DNA of 62,416 nt, the filler included, from Circinaria calcarea (Eukaryota): NCBI GenBank assembly GCA_051942165.1. It is 3 parts of 3 records of this genome, joined end to end, with 100 filler letters (N's around TTAATTAATTAA, not from the genome) between each part and the next. Parts side by side here need not be neighbours in the genome. Positions count along the whole stretch, not along the records: positions 1 to 20,766 come from JAVECS010000164.1; 2 more parts are not named here. One strand, given 5' to 3'. Position numbers and translations under genes: made by a program. The first letter of the stretch is position 1; every line of letters starts with the position of its first letter. The notes under the pieces were generated by a model, which saw nothing but the letters and a program-made list of their open reading frames with translations, did no database searches and was not told where the DNA came from. Positions 1-10,939 of the stretch are shown here, piece by piece.

Positions 1-3000
1 TCCTCTCCATTGATAGCGTTCGTTTGAAAACAGCTTGGCCGAACTGTTTGAACCGTCCGACTTTCTCGGCAGTCGGATCTTCTCCCACAATGGTAATGGG
101 TTCCTCCTTCATAATCTTGCAGAAGAGGGTCGCGAAGATGAAGTGATTGCCGTTATGGTCGTACAAAGGCAAATGACGATAACCTTGCTGAAGACTCTCA
201 AGCTTCGCAGTAAAGGTTGCCACAGGGCTGCTGCTGGTACTGTTGTTGTAGTTGCGTCCATCTTGAGAATTCCATACCGTCCATCGGACAAACACCAAGC
301 TAGGATACTTGGTCTCGAGTGACAGCTTGAACTTTTCGTTGAAGATCGGGTTGAATCCGTTGCTCTGTACAACGGCGGTGCGACGTCGATGAGGCGAACC
401 TATGCCGGACATTCCATTACGCGCAGAAGCATCTTGTCCTCCTTCTCCCGAAGCAATACCTTTGCCTTTGTCTTCCGCACTAAACATCTCAATCTCAACG
501 TAGGGGTCGACGTATTCTTCGTTCCCCGGACCCCGAGGTCGTGGTATCTGCTGCGCCGATATCATGTCCACCGAGAAGCGAATTAGCCTTCTTGGTGTCT
601 TTGGCGTTTCAGGAGACATCGGATTTGATGGAGTTTCGTGTAGATGGTTTGGCTGTCGAAGTTCCCTTGGTTTGAGCACATATCCGGTGCGATCTGACCC
701 GTTCGCGAACATAGCTTCGTTCATTTGCATTCCCAAGTCGTACGTCTGCCAGTTCAAAGCAACCATCTGTGCTCCTCTTCGCCAGAACACGAGCGGATCC
801 GGGTTCGTAGATTGGATGCGAAAACCAGAAGGGTAAACTCGCATGAGGTATCTCATGTTATGCTTTTCGAGCTGCGCCTTCAGATCCTGATCGCGACATA
901 GTCCGTCGAACTGTCTCTCGGCTATGGAGAAGATGTGATTGTAAGCTTTGCTCTCCTTCTGGGTAAAACCCTCGAACTTTAGGCCACTGGTGTACACTCC
1001 GAGATTTCCAAGCGTCGTGATGATCTTACTGCGGTGCTTCTTTTTCTTTTGCCGAGGCTTCAGCGTCCCACCTTGTGCGGTATCGCTGTCATCTGTCGCG
1101 CTGCTTATACTTGTACCGGTAGCAGAACCTCGGCCGAGGTCCCACGCTGGTGAAGCAAATTCGGGCGGACTCGTAGACGACGGACTGGACAGAAGTGGCG
1201 CATTTGGTATAAATGTGTTGTCGAGTATCTGGGGCCGGGCGAACGGTGAACTTAAGCTTCGCTGTCGACGGCCGATGGGTATGTCAATGCCGGCGTCACG
1301 GGTCGGCGAAACCTCTCCAGCTTTGACCTTGACAAGTATTCGATTTCGGAGGTCTTCTGGGGAGGGGAGGACCAAAACATTGGTCATATACGGTTTCGTA
1401 ACGAGTCGATCTCCAAGCTCTTTGGTCATAATGTCGACCATGACTTGTTGCTGCACGGGATTGCAATGAACCTCCAGTGAAAGGATCAAGGGATACTGCG
1501 ACGACACAAAGGCATATTTCCCAATGACAGAGATGCAATCGGAGAACAACACGCTAGTTGTCATGGTGCGGCCATGAGACACAATCGGCCAGCCGTCCGG
1601 GCCGTCCCAGCAGTCAATCTCAACGCATCGACAAGCCCGTTGTAAGGCTCGTATGTAGGCTTCAGTGCTAGAACTGCCAGCAAACTGCCGCCCGAGAAGG
1701 TAAGTATTGTGTGAGCTTGAGATGAAGTACTCATTGAGTGGCCGGTCCAGCTTCACGTCCGAGGCATTCATTTCATGGATATTGTTGTACGTGGATGTGA
1801 GAAATGCAGCAAACGCCGCAGCACTCATGCGCAAACAGCTTTCGTCAGCTACATCTGATGCCAGGTTCAGTTTCGCTTGAGCCTTGCAGACGAACTTGAC
1901 AAATACTTTCTGCCAGTGAGCGCGGTTCGAGTGAACATCAATACCTTGAATGTCTCTTAAGAAGCTAAGGAAACTTTCCAAGGTCAACCCCTCTGGGCTA
2001 TCTTTGATAAGTGACCTATATACGTCTTTGATATCCGAACGTTCTTTTATCCTCCGTACAAAGTCTTTGAATTCTTGGAAGCTCAAGAACCCGGTCTGGT
2101 TGGTATCAGCCTTTGAGAACTGGGCACGTAGCACGTTTTTAGAGCAATTGATGTGTAAACTTCGGCAAAGCGACTCCACACCTTCAAGATCGAGATTTTC
2201 TGCCTCTTCTAAGCGTGACTCTGCACCGAAAAGCTTGGCCATTTCACGATTCCAATGCCCACGCAGCGTCTTTTCATCTTGGCCAGAACCGGCTAGGCCG
2301 AGCATGAGCTCACGTCTGTATTTCCGGAGATCGTCGAGCGTTGACGTCCATAGTTCAAAGATATGCTGGTCGGGTGCAATCAGATGCATGGTCTTTACGG
2401 CCCTTCCCTTGGCACGATCCTGATCGGCATAAATGATAGTGAACCAACAGCTTTCCGAATCAGCAGATACCTGGAACTCTTCACGATAGTTTCTTGCATC
2501 CCTCTGCAAGCGGACCTGCTGTATGTCATCGATGTAGAATCTCTTTGAAGGGTTGGTAGGATTCCAGGATACTTTAGCCGACTCGGTATCGAGGACAAAT
2601 GTCATGTTTTTCCTCTTTTTCTTCGTGACCTTGGTTAAGACCGTTCCCCGCCGTAACATCGAGGGCACAATGGGTGCAATACCACCTTCGGCCATTGGAG
2701 GGCTCCGCGTTGACGAATGGTTCCTCGAAGTTGTGCCATCACTCGATAGGCCGAGTCCATAAACTGACATGGATTCTTCGGATGTTTCTTCCCCGTCCCC
2801 TTCACGACCCAAGTCCAGAAGTCCCACATCTATATCGGTGCCATTTTTGCTTTCACTCCTGTGACGCATTATCACAGGTCCAGAGCTGTTGTCGCGATTC
2901 GAAACACGATTGACGACATTGGCGGAGGGCTGACGACGATTGATGAGTCTCTGGGTAGCTCTCTGAGACAGCTTTCGAATAATGCCGGGGTTTCTGGCCG

Positions 3001-3328
3001 AGGGGAATGCTTCACTCATGGCACCTTGGTTCGGTGACTTGGGCGTGTAAAAGGAAGACTCTGGCAGCTGGTATGAAGCTGGAGAAAATGACAGAGGAAG
3101 ATTGCGCCCACGCGGCCCTTCGGGAGACGATTGAATGGAGGTATTTGTGGGGCTTGTCGTCAGCGAAGGAGTGTTTGGGCTCGGGGCCGCAGAAGGTACG
3201 CTGGTTATGGGGATCGAAGTGATGATAATCTGCTTTGGAGACATGCGAGCAAACGGCGAGCCAGGCCGTGAGGTGGTCGGGGACTTGCCATTGGAGGCAG
3301 CCGGAGTGGTTGTGATGGACGATGTCAT
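1..3328 (-). CDS. PLC1: Phosphoinositide-specific phospholipase C (X, Y and C2 domains); 3' end lies outside the window
   Basis: Manual translation from ATG at 3328 (MTSSITTTPAAS). In the same frame: X-domain LDRPLNEYFISSSHNTYLLGRQ...CRCVEIDCWDG...HGRTMT (~1560-1756) and Y-domain HNMRYLMRVYPSGFRIQSTNPDPLVFWRRGAQMVALNWQTYDLGMQMN (~720-860). Absent from the ORF track because there is no stop inside the window. Confidence 0.95.
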   Translation of the reverse strand, partial: MTSSITTTPAASNGKSPTTSRPGSPFARMSPKQIIITSIPITSVPSAAPSPNTPSLTTSPTNTSIQSSPEGPRGRNLPLSFSPASYQLPESSFYTPKSPNQGAMSEAFPSARNPGIIRKLSQRATQRLINRRQPSANVVNRVSNRDNSSGPVIMRHRSESKNGTDIDVGLLDLGREGDGEETSEESMSVYGLGLSSDGTTSRNHSSTRSPPMAEGGIAPIVPSMLRRGTVLTKVTKKKRKNMTFVLDTESAKVSWNPTNPSKRFYIDDIQQVRLQRDARNYREEFQVSADSESCWFTIIYADQDRAKGRAVKTMHLIAPDQHIFELWTSTLDDLRKYRRELMLGLAGSGQDEKTLRGHWNREMAKLFGAESRLEEAENLDLEGVESLCRSLHINCSKNVLRAQFSKADTNQTGFLSFQEFKDFVRRIKERSDIKDVYRSLIKDSPEGLTLESFLSFLRDIQGIDVHSNRAHWQKVFVKFVCKAQAKLNLASDVADESCLRMSAAAFAAFLTSTYNNIHEMNASDVKLDRPLNEYFISSSHNTYLLGRQFAGSSSTEAYIRALQRACRCVEIDCWDGPDGWPIVSHGRTMTTSVLFSDCISVIGKYAFVSSQYPLILSLEVHCNPVQQQVMVDIMTKELGDRLVTKPYMTNVLVLPSPEDLRNRILVKVKAGEVSPTRDAGIDIPIGRRQRSLSSPFARPQILDNTFIPNAPLLSSPSSTSPPEFASPAWDLGRGSATGTSISSATDDSDTAQGGTLKPRQKKKKHRSKIITTLGNLGVYTSGLKFEGFTQKESKAYNHIFSIAERQFDGLCRDQDLKAQLEKHNMRYLMRVYPSGFRIQSTNPDPLVFWRRGAQMVALNWQTYDLGMQMNEAMFANGSDRTGYVLKPRELRQPNHLHETPSNPMSPETPKTPRRLIRFSVDMISAQQIPRPRGPGNEEYVDPYVEIEMFSAEDKGKGIASGEGGQDASARNGMSGIGSPHRRRTAVVQSNGFNPIFNEKFKLSLETKYPSLVFVRWTVWNSQDGRNYNNSTSSSPVATFTAKLESLQQGYRHLPLYDHNGNHFIFATLFCKIMKEEPITIVGEDPTAEKVGRFKQFGQAVFKRTLSMER

Positions 3329-6300
3329 GCTGGGCTGCGGAACAGCGAGCGACGGCGCTTTGCGAGCTGTTGGGGAAGGCAAGCAATGCGAACTGCGTCA
3401 CACAGCAGCTGTCTAGCAAGTTTGACGTATTTTGTCCTTGATCATTGTTGCTTCTGGCCCTTTAGCGGGCTGAACTGCTCATCTGCGCAGCGCGAGTCAG
3501 AGCTGCAGTGCTGGGGGGGGTTAAGCTTCGGGCTCGAGGGTTTGCTGAGAACGAAGGCTGGGGCGACCAGTGCTTGACTGTTCGCGATTGAGGATTCGAT
3601 TGCTGATCAATTCATTGTGTGAAATTGGACCAGACGGAATAGGGCGTGGCGGAATGATGGTAAATCCGGGGTAATGTGGAAACACAGATGACGCACAAGC
3701 GAAACTGGACCTGTTTTCGCTTCAGTACGGAATAAGGACAGTGCTTTGTGTCAAACCACGTGTTGACGACCAATGATCATGAAGGGATTGAGAAGGCGAA
3801 TGGCACAAGAAAGGAAGAGAAGGAAAATATGTGCAGTGGGAAGTAATACTAATAAAGTGTCAATTACTTCCCAGCCGGCGGATAGAAAAACCCAAGAGAT
3901 TACAGGAACAGCGACGGTGAGCGACGGCAGCTAATGATAGGGGGAACCAGCAGGCCGGCACCGTCGCAAGACCGGCTCTTTTGTCCAACCTTCAAGGAGA
4001 CGCCGGAGGGGCGTGAGGGGGTACCACTAAGCACTGACCTGGGCACTACCGTATTGAATCCAGGAACGGCCCTCCCGACTCTTGAAGTTGACCACACTAA
4101 GGTAACTTTTCTTTTCACTGGCGGAGCATTGGGATGCAGTCAATGATACGACGTCGGTTCAGCTGCAACGACAAGACAGGAGGGAAGATCGCCGGGAGCA
4201 CACCCTCATATAAAGATATAGATGGGATCGAGGATGCGATAGAATATGGGCAGCCAGCCATCGAGGTCTCGCTCTCGGTCCAAACCGATGGATTCTCAGC
4301 CTTGACGGGCGTCTGCTTGATAAAGGATCATAGGAGTGGCCCTGCTACACACGGCTGTTGGCTCTTTTTTATTCTTAGAGCGCATTCCCGAGGATCCATC
4401 GAGCCATGCAGGAGGATGATGGGCATTTACCGGGGGCTCGTATTCCTCTTCTATTGCCATGGGTAAGGGAGGTGAGGTAATCATGATAATGCTCGGATGG
4501 AGGATGGAGGATGGAGGAGTCCTGCAGGGCATCTATCGTCCACGGACTACTGCGCTCTACTGTAAGCAGATTCATGCCTTGCACTCTGCTCGCTTTATAG
4601 TATTGCTCCAGGCCATGTCACTGGCCAGGACGCGATGCCTCCCTGCCCTGTCCAGCTCTGGCGATCGTTCACCGGAACTTTCACCGCCCTCCACCAGCCA
4701 GGCAGATTGCGGAAGCACGATACATATCGCCCTCTTTTCCCTCGGGAAGCCATACGGGTACTTCCTACATACACGTATCATCTTTACTTAGCGCTGAGGA
4801 AATAGTCCACATGCTGAGGCATCCGAAGCCGGGTATCTATCTGATTGGGAATCATCTGGCGGGATGTTGACAACTGCTATCTTGGCGGTTGCGACGCATG
4901 CAGCTACGCCTCTAGGCAACCGTTTTTATTCGGCTAGTTTGGTCATTGATTATTCTTGAGAATGTTGATGCGCCTATGATCGTGTGTACGGAAACCAAAG
5001 GTAACTACGTATCGATGAAGAAATCTAATACCTAAGTCCCGGAAGCTTGGCTACGGCCAGGCTCTTCGGCAGGGCAACTCCTTGACACCCTTCTCGAAAC
5101 TTATAGAAAAGTTGGCCTCTGGCATGATCTGGGCCAAATCGGACACGACGACCATGACTATGCTGCTATCGCTCGGGGTCGTATCAAGGACTTGTGTGAC
5201 GAGATAACAATCTTGCTTCGATTGGTGATTGAGTCAGCCATGAAACCTCGCCCGGTATGCACATGTGTAGTAGTGCTCACGAGTCTCTCTAGCCTCGATT
5301 CAATTCCTCCCTCTCTCGCAAAGGGAATGCTCACGCAGAATATGATCTGTCGCAAAGACAGGGATGACCGAAAGACGCTACGCCTCCTAGTGACTGTTCG
5401 TTTGGGTAGCCGGTAACTGTCAGTGAGGCATCTTATGGAAATTGCTTGCCTCGCCATCGATGCGAGGTGGAATCCGACAAGACCGTCGCCGGCTGATTAC
5501 ATGGCTGCACCCTTTTCCACCGTCAGGTAGCTTAGCACAATAAGACTGCATTACTTGTGCGGCAGTGCGGCAGAGAAGCGGCCTCCTGCTCGCATCTGTC
5601 ATCCGGATCCTCAGCATCATTCTTTCGTAGCACCAACCAAAGTCGGGGGCCCGCCAGGTGACGTGGCCGAGGCCAAAGCCACCAGGACTTGAAAGGAGAG
5701 GGAAACGGCATGCAAAGTGGTTTGGAAAAATCCCCATTTCTCCGCTACACTCCGATTTGCTACCGTATCACTCACAACCCACTCGGCCTACATCCACGCC
5801 CGGCCACGTTCTGATGTCGGACAGTTTGCATATTGTGTAACCACCCCATTTCGCTGTCCCACTGCCTTCCACTGCCCCAGCAGTTCCCATGCTTGGTGCA
5901 ATCCCGGTTTACCCCACCCCTTCACCATCCGCGTAAGCTTGGATCAACCATGAAGGGGGAGGACAATCAGGGGCTTGCAACTTCAAGATTCTGCGCAATC
6001 CCGTGCAGGATGCAGAGATGACAGGCGTGCGGCATGACCTGCATTGAATGAAATGAATCGCACGCATACCTTTCCACTCTACCGGGCTCACCAACGGAAT
6101 TGGGTAGGGATAGGTAGATTCTTTTCTTTAGACGCCCCGACTCCGCTTCCTGGGAGTTGCTTGGATTTGCGACGCATTCCCGCACCACATCAGGTTATCT
6201 AAGGTACATGTAGCTTGCTGGAAAGGCCTCGGTGACCTTCCGAACGCACAATCGGTCAACACAGCATGCTAGCCTCCTCTTCGACAAAGATATCATCGAT

Positions 6301-7093
6301 GCGCGTTCGGCTGGGAAGTCAATACAACAGTAGCGTACACGGATGATATCGCCTCACATTGCTTTGTTCCGGATAGCTACCTTGCCCTTCTGACAATCGA
6401 GAGATTCACCCCTCCGATGCTCGGCTGGTTTGCTCCCCTGAGATAGAAGTCAACCAATGAATGCTGGGTTTCCCTTTCGACCCTGGCAGAGAAGCTATTT
6501 CAATCATGCGACTTGTCGGAGATCTCATCTTACCTTGGTTGAGTACCTTGACGGATTGCTTTCAGAGGTGTCCGACAACATCCTCTCGATGTCGAGGGCC
6601 TGAAAGAAGCCAAAAGGAAATGGTTTCTGCATGAATGTGCAGTTTCGCCAAAGCAAGAGGGCGGCAATGCCACTGCTGGCGATCACACGACGACACCCCT
6701 TGGAATACGGCACATGACACTCCCTTCCATCGAGCCGAGTCGCGCCCACTTTCCCTTCTCTGAGACTGAGGGGGTTCATTTGTAAATTAGGGCTTTGGCA
6801 ATACTGCGCCGGCAAAACCTTCCTCGCTGAAGGTGAGCCGAAGTTAGTCGTCCGTTTCATGTCGGCGTGAGCTTCAGTTGTGATATGTCTCATGTTCGGT
6901 CACTGCAATTTTTCTCGTAGTCGCAGTAAATAACGCATCAAGGAATCTATTGCCGGGAGGCGTGTTGCCAAGCTCCCCTTTCTTTTACTCTGATTCTTTC
7001 ACTTGCCCGTCTGATTTCACCTCTTCCAATACACTCCTTTGAGGTTGCCCCTTCAGTCCACAACGCGGTTTTGGCTATACGCTCGACTACAAG

Positions 7094-9001
7094 ATGAACT
7101 GGACTGGAGGCCGCCTGCAGCGTTCGAAACATGCTGCCAACGGACTGTCGGCCAAGCAAAAACAATATTTTGCAGCTGCCCGAGCAAGACTGCAAGGTGG
7201 TAGTAGAGTTCGTTCACCTTCATATGTGACCTTTTTTGAAGGTACGGATCAAGAAATTCGACTCCTGCGTCATGGCCGTCCTACAATCGCCAACGATCGA
7301 GAACATTATGGATCACAAGAAAGAGCGGTAGAGTCCGGCTTCGTGGCGGCACGAGATGATCGGAAAAGATGTCTTCCTTCAGATACCGCTGAACAACGGA
7401 CGTCAAAGCGGCAGAGCAGCAAGCGAGAGAACCCATCCGTCAAAGCCAATCGCAGGAAACCTGAAGCCTGTGACCACGATAGATATCAGCGTTTACCCGA
7501 AACCGAGGACGAGCTTCAGGCTGCGAGACTGGAGATACTGGAGATGATGAAGAGGGACGACTGGCTAAGACCTAAGGTTCCTAAACCTTTGAAGATGACC
7601 TTTCCCTCGTTTGAAGAGAAACAGAAGGTGGGCAGACGGCGGAAGCTCACAAAGGCGGATATAGCACGTCGTAATCAAGTCACACATCAGAGATCTCCTC
7701 CTGTTCAGAAGGAGCGAAGTGGTCTTTCAAGAGTACCGCGGCGCAAGGAACATGGACTAGACCACGATGAGGTGAGCGTTAGGGTTGGATCAGTGATCCA
7801 CGGAAGTCAGAGAACGGATAAGGGTGGTGTACTAGCTCCTGCGAACAGCTACCTACCAACGTCACATGAAATCCTCGACGACTCAACCTATTCTCCAGAA
7901 AAACCACATCTGCCACTCCGTCTCGACACTCAGCCTGTATTCTCCGCTGAAATGCCAATGTATTCAATGCAGTCTTCCAAAGGGCGCCTTACGGACTCGA
8001 TACACTCGCAAGAAATGCCCATAAACTCGACGTACTCAATTCAAGGAAAACTCCTGAGGCCGATGCACTCGGACAATCTCCATGGGGAATCGATGAACTC
8101 GGACGAAATGCTCCTACACTCGATACACTCGGACGAAGCGATCATAGAGTCACTATGTTCGAAGGAGATGCTGCCGAACCAGATATCCGTATCCGATGCA
8201 CCCCGTTCGGCAGAGCACACGTATGAGACCTGCAGTGCCATCCTGAATGCCGGTGAGTGTCATGCGCTGGGCCAAGATTTACTCGCCGAAACTAGCGAAG
8301 AAGTTGTGAGACAGTTCGAGAATCTAGGTACGACGGGATTGGCGTACAAAGCAGTGCAAGCAGACTCTGAGGGTGGCGGCGAGGAGATTGCTGACCACCT
8401 TCACCCTATGCCCAATGCCACCAATACAAACGACGAGTTGCAAGTGCCGAAGGATGAGAAACCTGACGACGAAGCAGTATGGTTTAAATGGGTCTTTGGC
8501 TATGATAAGACCAAGGACGAAGAAAACGATGTGCCAGAACTTTCTCCTCACGATCTTTTGGTAGAAACGGCCGCCGACACGCCCAAAGATGAGAAGGAAG
8601 ACGATGTATCCTCCATCATCGCGGAAGCCTCCCGAACCCCTCCAGAAGCCAGCACCCCTACTGTCTCCAAGAACAGCTCCATGTCCAACCAGGTAGATAC
8701 GAGCCCAGATCCCCTGTCCATTGACTCTACTTCCTCGTGCAGGAATCTCCCAAGTCCGCATCCCGGTCGCGGTCGTCTGCAACCCCGGGTCGTGTTCAAG
8801 AAACCAGCCCTCTTTGGCGGACAGGGGCCTCGGACAGCTACTGTACATATTGGCAAAAACGTTAGGAGTCGCCCCGTCGAGGATCCGAATGGGTCTGGCA
8901 GGCCAAAGTCAAGGCCAAGGGCGAAGAGGAGGAGCCGGTTGCAGACGGTGGGGCTGCAATGGAGTAGTGACGGCGAGGAGAAAGAGGAGATTGAGGATTA
9001 A
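7094..9001 (+). CDS. 635-aa largely disordered protein with an N-terminal MNWTGGR...KQKQYF motif; putative HEIP1/C12orf40(REDIC1)-like meiotic crossover factor
   Basis: Long intronless ORF. The N-terminus MNWTGGRLQRSKHAANGLSAKQKQYFAAARARL resembles, from memory, vertebrate C12orf40 MNWVGGSR...RKQKEYF. The CDS is well supported; the family call is inferred. Confidence 0.7.
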   Translation: MNWTGGRLQRSKHAANGLSAKQKQYFAAARARLQGGSRVRSPSYVTFFEGTDQEIRLLRHGRPTIANDREHYGSQERAVESGFVAARDDRKRCLPSDTAEQRTSKRQSSKRENPSVKANRRKPEACDHDRYQRLPETEDELQAARLEILEMMKRDDWLRPKVPKPLKMTFPSFEEKQKVGRRRKLTKADIARRNQVTHQRSPPVQKERSGLSRVPRRKEHGLDHDEVSVRVGSVIHGSQRTDKGGVLAPANSYLPTSHEILDDSTYSPEKPHLPLRLDTQPVFSAEMPMYSMQSSKGRLTDSIHSQEMPINSTYSIQGKLLRPMHSDNLHGESMNSDEMLLHSIHSDEAIIESLCSKEMLPNQISVSDAPRSAEHTYETCSAILNAGECHALGQDLLAETSEEVVRQFENLGTTGLAYKAVQADSEGGGEEIADHLHPMPNATNTNDELQVPKDEKPDDEAVWFKWVFGYDKTKDEENDVPELSPHDLLVETAADTPKDEKEDDVSSIIAEASRTPPEASTPTVSKNSSMSNQVDTSPDPLSIDSTSSCRNLPSPHPGRGRLQPRVVFKKPALFGGQGPRTATVHIGKNVRSRPVEDPNGSGRPKSRPRAKRRSRLQTVGLQWSSDGEEKEEIED

Positions 9002-9524
9002 ATGTGAGGTTTTGGGTGGGTGAGGGCGTGACTTGGAAAGGATGGGTGCATGCGGTGGTTTTTCCCGGGGATTGGCTCAGCCGGGGGCTGCATGTACATG
9101 TGCCCTTGCCATTGGCGCGGTTTGGCATAGGTTCCCTAAACATGGCGAGTATATAGCTATGCAAAAAGCATTTGAATACGTGTTATCGGTCATGTACCTA
9201 CTCATCATGAAGTATTTGCCAAAAAGGGGTCATCTACCCGAACGGAGAGATAGGACGGTCGTGCAAATTTCCCAAAGGTAATGCAGGTTACGCGAGTGCA
9301 CTGCTGAGAGACACACTCCCGGTTCGTAAACTGGGGTTATTCATACGGATATTGGGGGTATAGTTTCTACAACGCACTATCTAGGCTGCCTTCCCCCCTT
9401 CCTTTGTGGCAGCTATGAACAAACCCCGCCTTTCTGGAGAAAAACTCCACCCGCCCAAGGGAAATGCCGGAGGCACGAATTGTGCAGGCCCTTTTCACAA
9501 AGCAGAGTATGTGGTTGGAAGTGA

Positions 9525-9650
9525 TGGCCCTATCTTAGTTTAAATGCCACTCCACGCGTCCTGTTCTGTCCTTTCCACCGTGCCTCCTCTAACTTCGCAG
9601 AGGCGCATCGTCGTCCGCGGGCCTACTTCCGCCAACTCCATATTTTGGTA
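9525..9650 (-). pseudogene. Degenerate direct duplicate of the IMP4 3' coding end
   Basis: Aligns to ~9700-9825. Translates YQNMELAEVGPRTTMRLCEVRGGTVERTEQD versus IMP4 YQSVELAEVGPRMTMRLFEIRGGTVERKEGD, followed by a 2-nt insertion (frameshift). Confidence 0.85.
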
Positions 9651-9675
9651 TATACCCCTTTCTCTGCAGTCTCCG

Positions 9676-10581
9676 TCACAAATAGTCCTTCTTCCTACTC
9701 GTCCTTGTATACTGATTCAAGTGCCACTCCACATCCCCTTCTTTCCTTTCCACCGTGCCTCCCCTAATTTCAAAGAGCCGCATCGTCATCCGCGGGCCCA
9801 CCTCTGCCAACTCCACGCTTTGATAGCCCGTCTTTACGAAGACGTGATGTCGTACTTCGATACTATCGCCGATGTTCTTGAACGTCACGACTCGGTTTCC
9901 TAGTTTCTGCGAAGGAGTGGAAGCGGTGACGGCTTCCCGCGGAGGGAAAAGATGTTTCAGGATCTTAACCACGCGAGCCCCCAGCGGCGTGGTGAAATTG
10001 TCAAAGATAAGGTGGGGGTAGGATTCGGAGACTGTGCCGAGGGTAGAATTGGGGATGTCATGGCGGAGAACGACGTTGTGGAGAGAGAAACTGGCAGTGG
10101 GCCCGTGGGGGAAATGGGAGACTGTCAGGGCGGTGGGGGTCCCTCTATGCTCGTGTAGGAGGATGAGATCGGAAAGACCGGAGGAATTGGCGCTGGAGAC
10201 GAGATTAGGGAGGATGAGGTTGCCGCGGTTGAGCCGGATAGATGTGGGAAGGAGAAGGCGGATTTCTTTGGCGAAAGCGGAGAGGCGGGTGGAAGGGGAG
10301 CGGGAGGTTGTGATGAGAACACGGGGGTCGGTGATACCGCTGAGGTGGGCGTATTCGTCGTCGAGATCGAGCTCCTCTTGGGCGGAGAGATTCGGCTGTG
10401 ACTCGTCGTACTTGTAGTCTGCGCGGAGGGATTTGTCGTTGGCGATGGAGGGGTCGAGGGGCTTGCCCGTTGCGAGGGAAGCTTTAAGTTTGGCGCGCTT
10501 CGAGGCGATTTCAGCGTCGCGCAGAGTAAGAGCACGGCGGTAGAGGTAGTCACGGCGTTGGCGGGCTTGTCGGCGGATCAT
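9676..10581 (-). CDS. IMP4: U3 snoRNP protein Imp4 (Brix domain)
   Basis: MIRRQARQRRDYLYRR start, ITTSRSPS, HEHRG, HFPHGPT and ELAEVGPR motifs; intronless. Confidence 0.97.
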   Translation of the reverse strand: MIRRQARQRRDYLYRRALTLRDAEIASKRAKLKASLATGKPLDPSIANDKSLRADYKYDESQPNLSAQEELDLDDEYAHLSGITDPRVLITTSRSPSTRLSAFAKEIRLLLPTSIRLNRGNLILPNLVSSANSSGLSDLILLHEHRGTPTALTVSHFPHGPTASFSLHNVVLRHDIPNSTLGTVSESYPHLIFDNFTTPLGARVVKILKHLFPPREAVTASTPSQKLGNRVVTFKNIGDSIEVRHHVFVKTGYQSVELAEVGPRMTMRLFEIRGGTVERKEGDVEWHLNQYTRTSRKKDYL

Positions 10582-10939
10582 GGCGTACAGCTTGGTGGGA
10601 GTCGAGTGGGAGATCTCTGAGAGTTTCTGCTTTTCATAAAATATGAGAAGATGTTAGCGTGGTTTGGATTTGGTGACCATGTTTAAGCGGGGCCAACAGC
10701 CCTTCCGCCAAACCCCCCCTACATACCTTCCGCACTCTGTGGTTCACAGCCTTTCTTTACCCTGCAGTCTCCAGCAATCGGTGGTGACTTTGTTTAGGAA
10801 GATCACGGAGGGTCTGCTACTTTCATTAACGGTGATTCACGCGTTTCGCTATCCGTGTATTTTGCACTGTTCACCGCGGACCGAGCGATCTGCGTTTGAA
10901 CGTTTGATGAGCAAGGGTATCATCGCCCACTAAAATACC
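10582..10939. promoter_or_regulatory. Short divergent (probably bidirectional) promoter region between IMP4 and UPF1
   Basis: Head-to-head start codons separated by 358 nt. Confidence 0.55.

Noticed and set aside
35..3577. Numerous 60-170-aa ORFs in the track over this region (and similar ones over IMP4, UPF1, palB and the RdRP)
   Set aside because: They are antisense or off-frame shadows of real genes, many opened at non-ATG codons.
9300..9520. Cluster of short hairpins between the HEIP1-like gene and IMP4 as a structured ncRNA
   Set aside because: Stems are only 4-7 bp, as expected by chance, and no RNase P/MRP, SRP or snRNA motifs were recognised.
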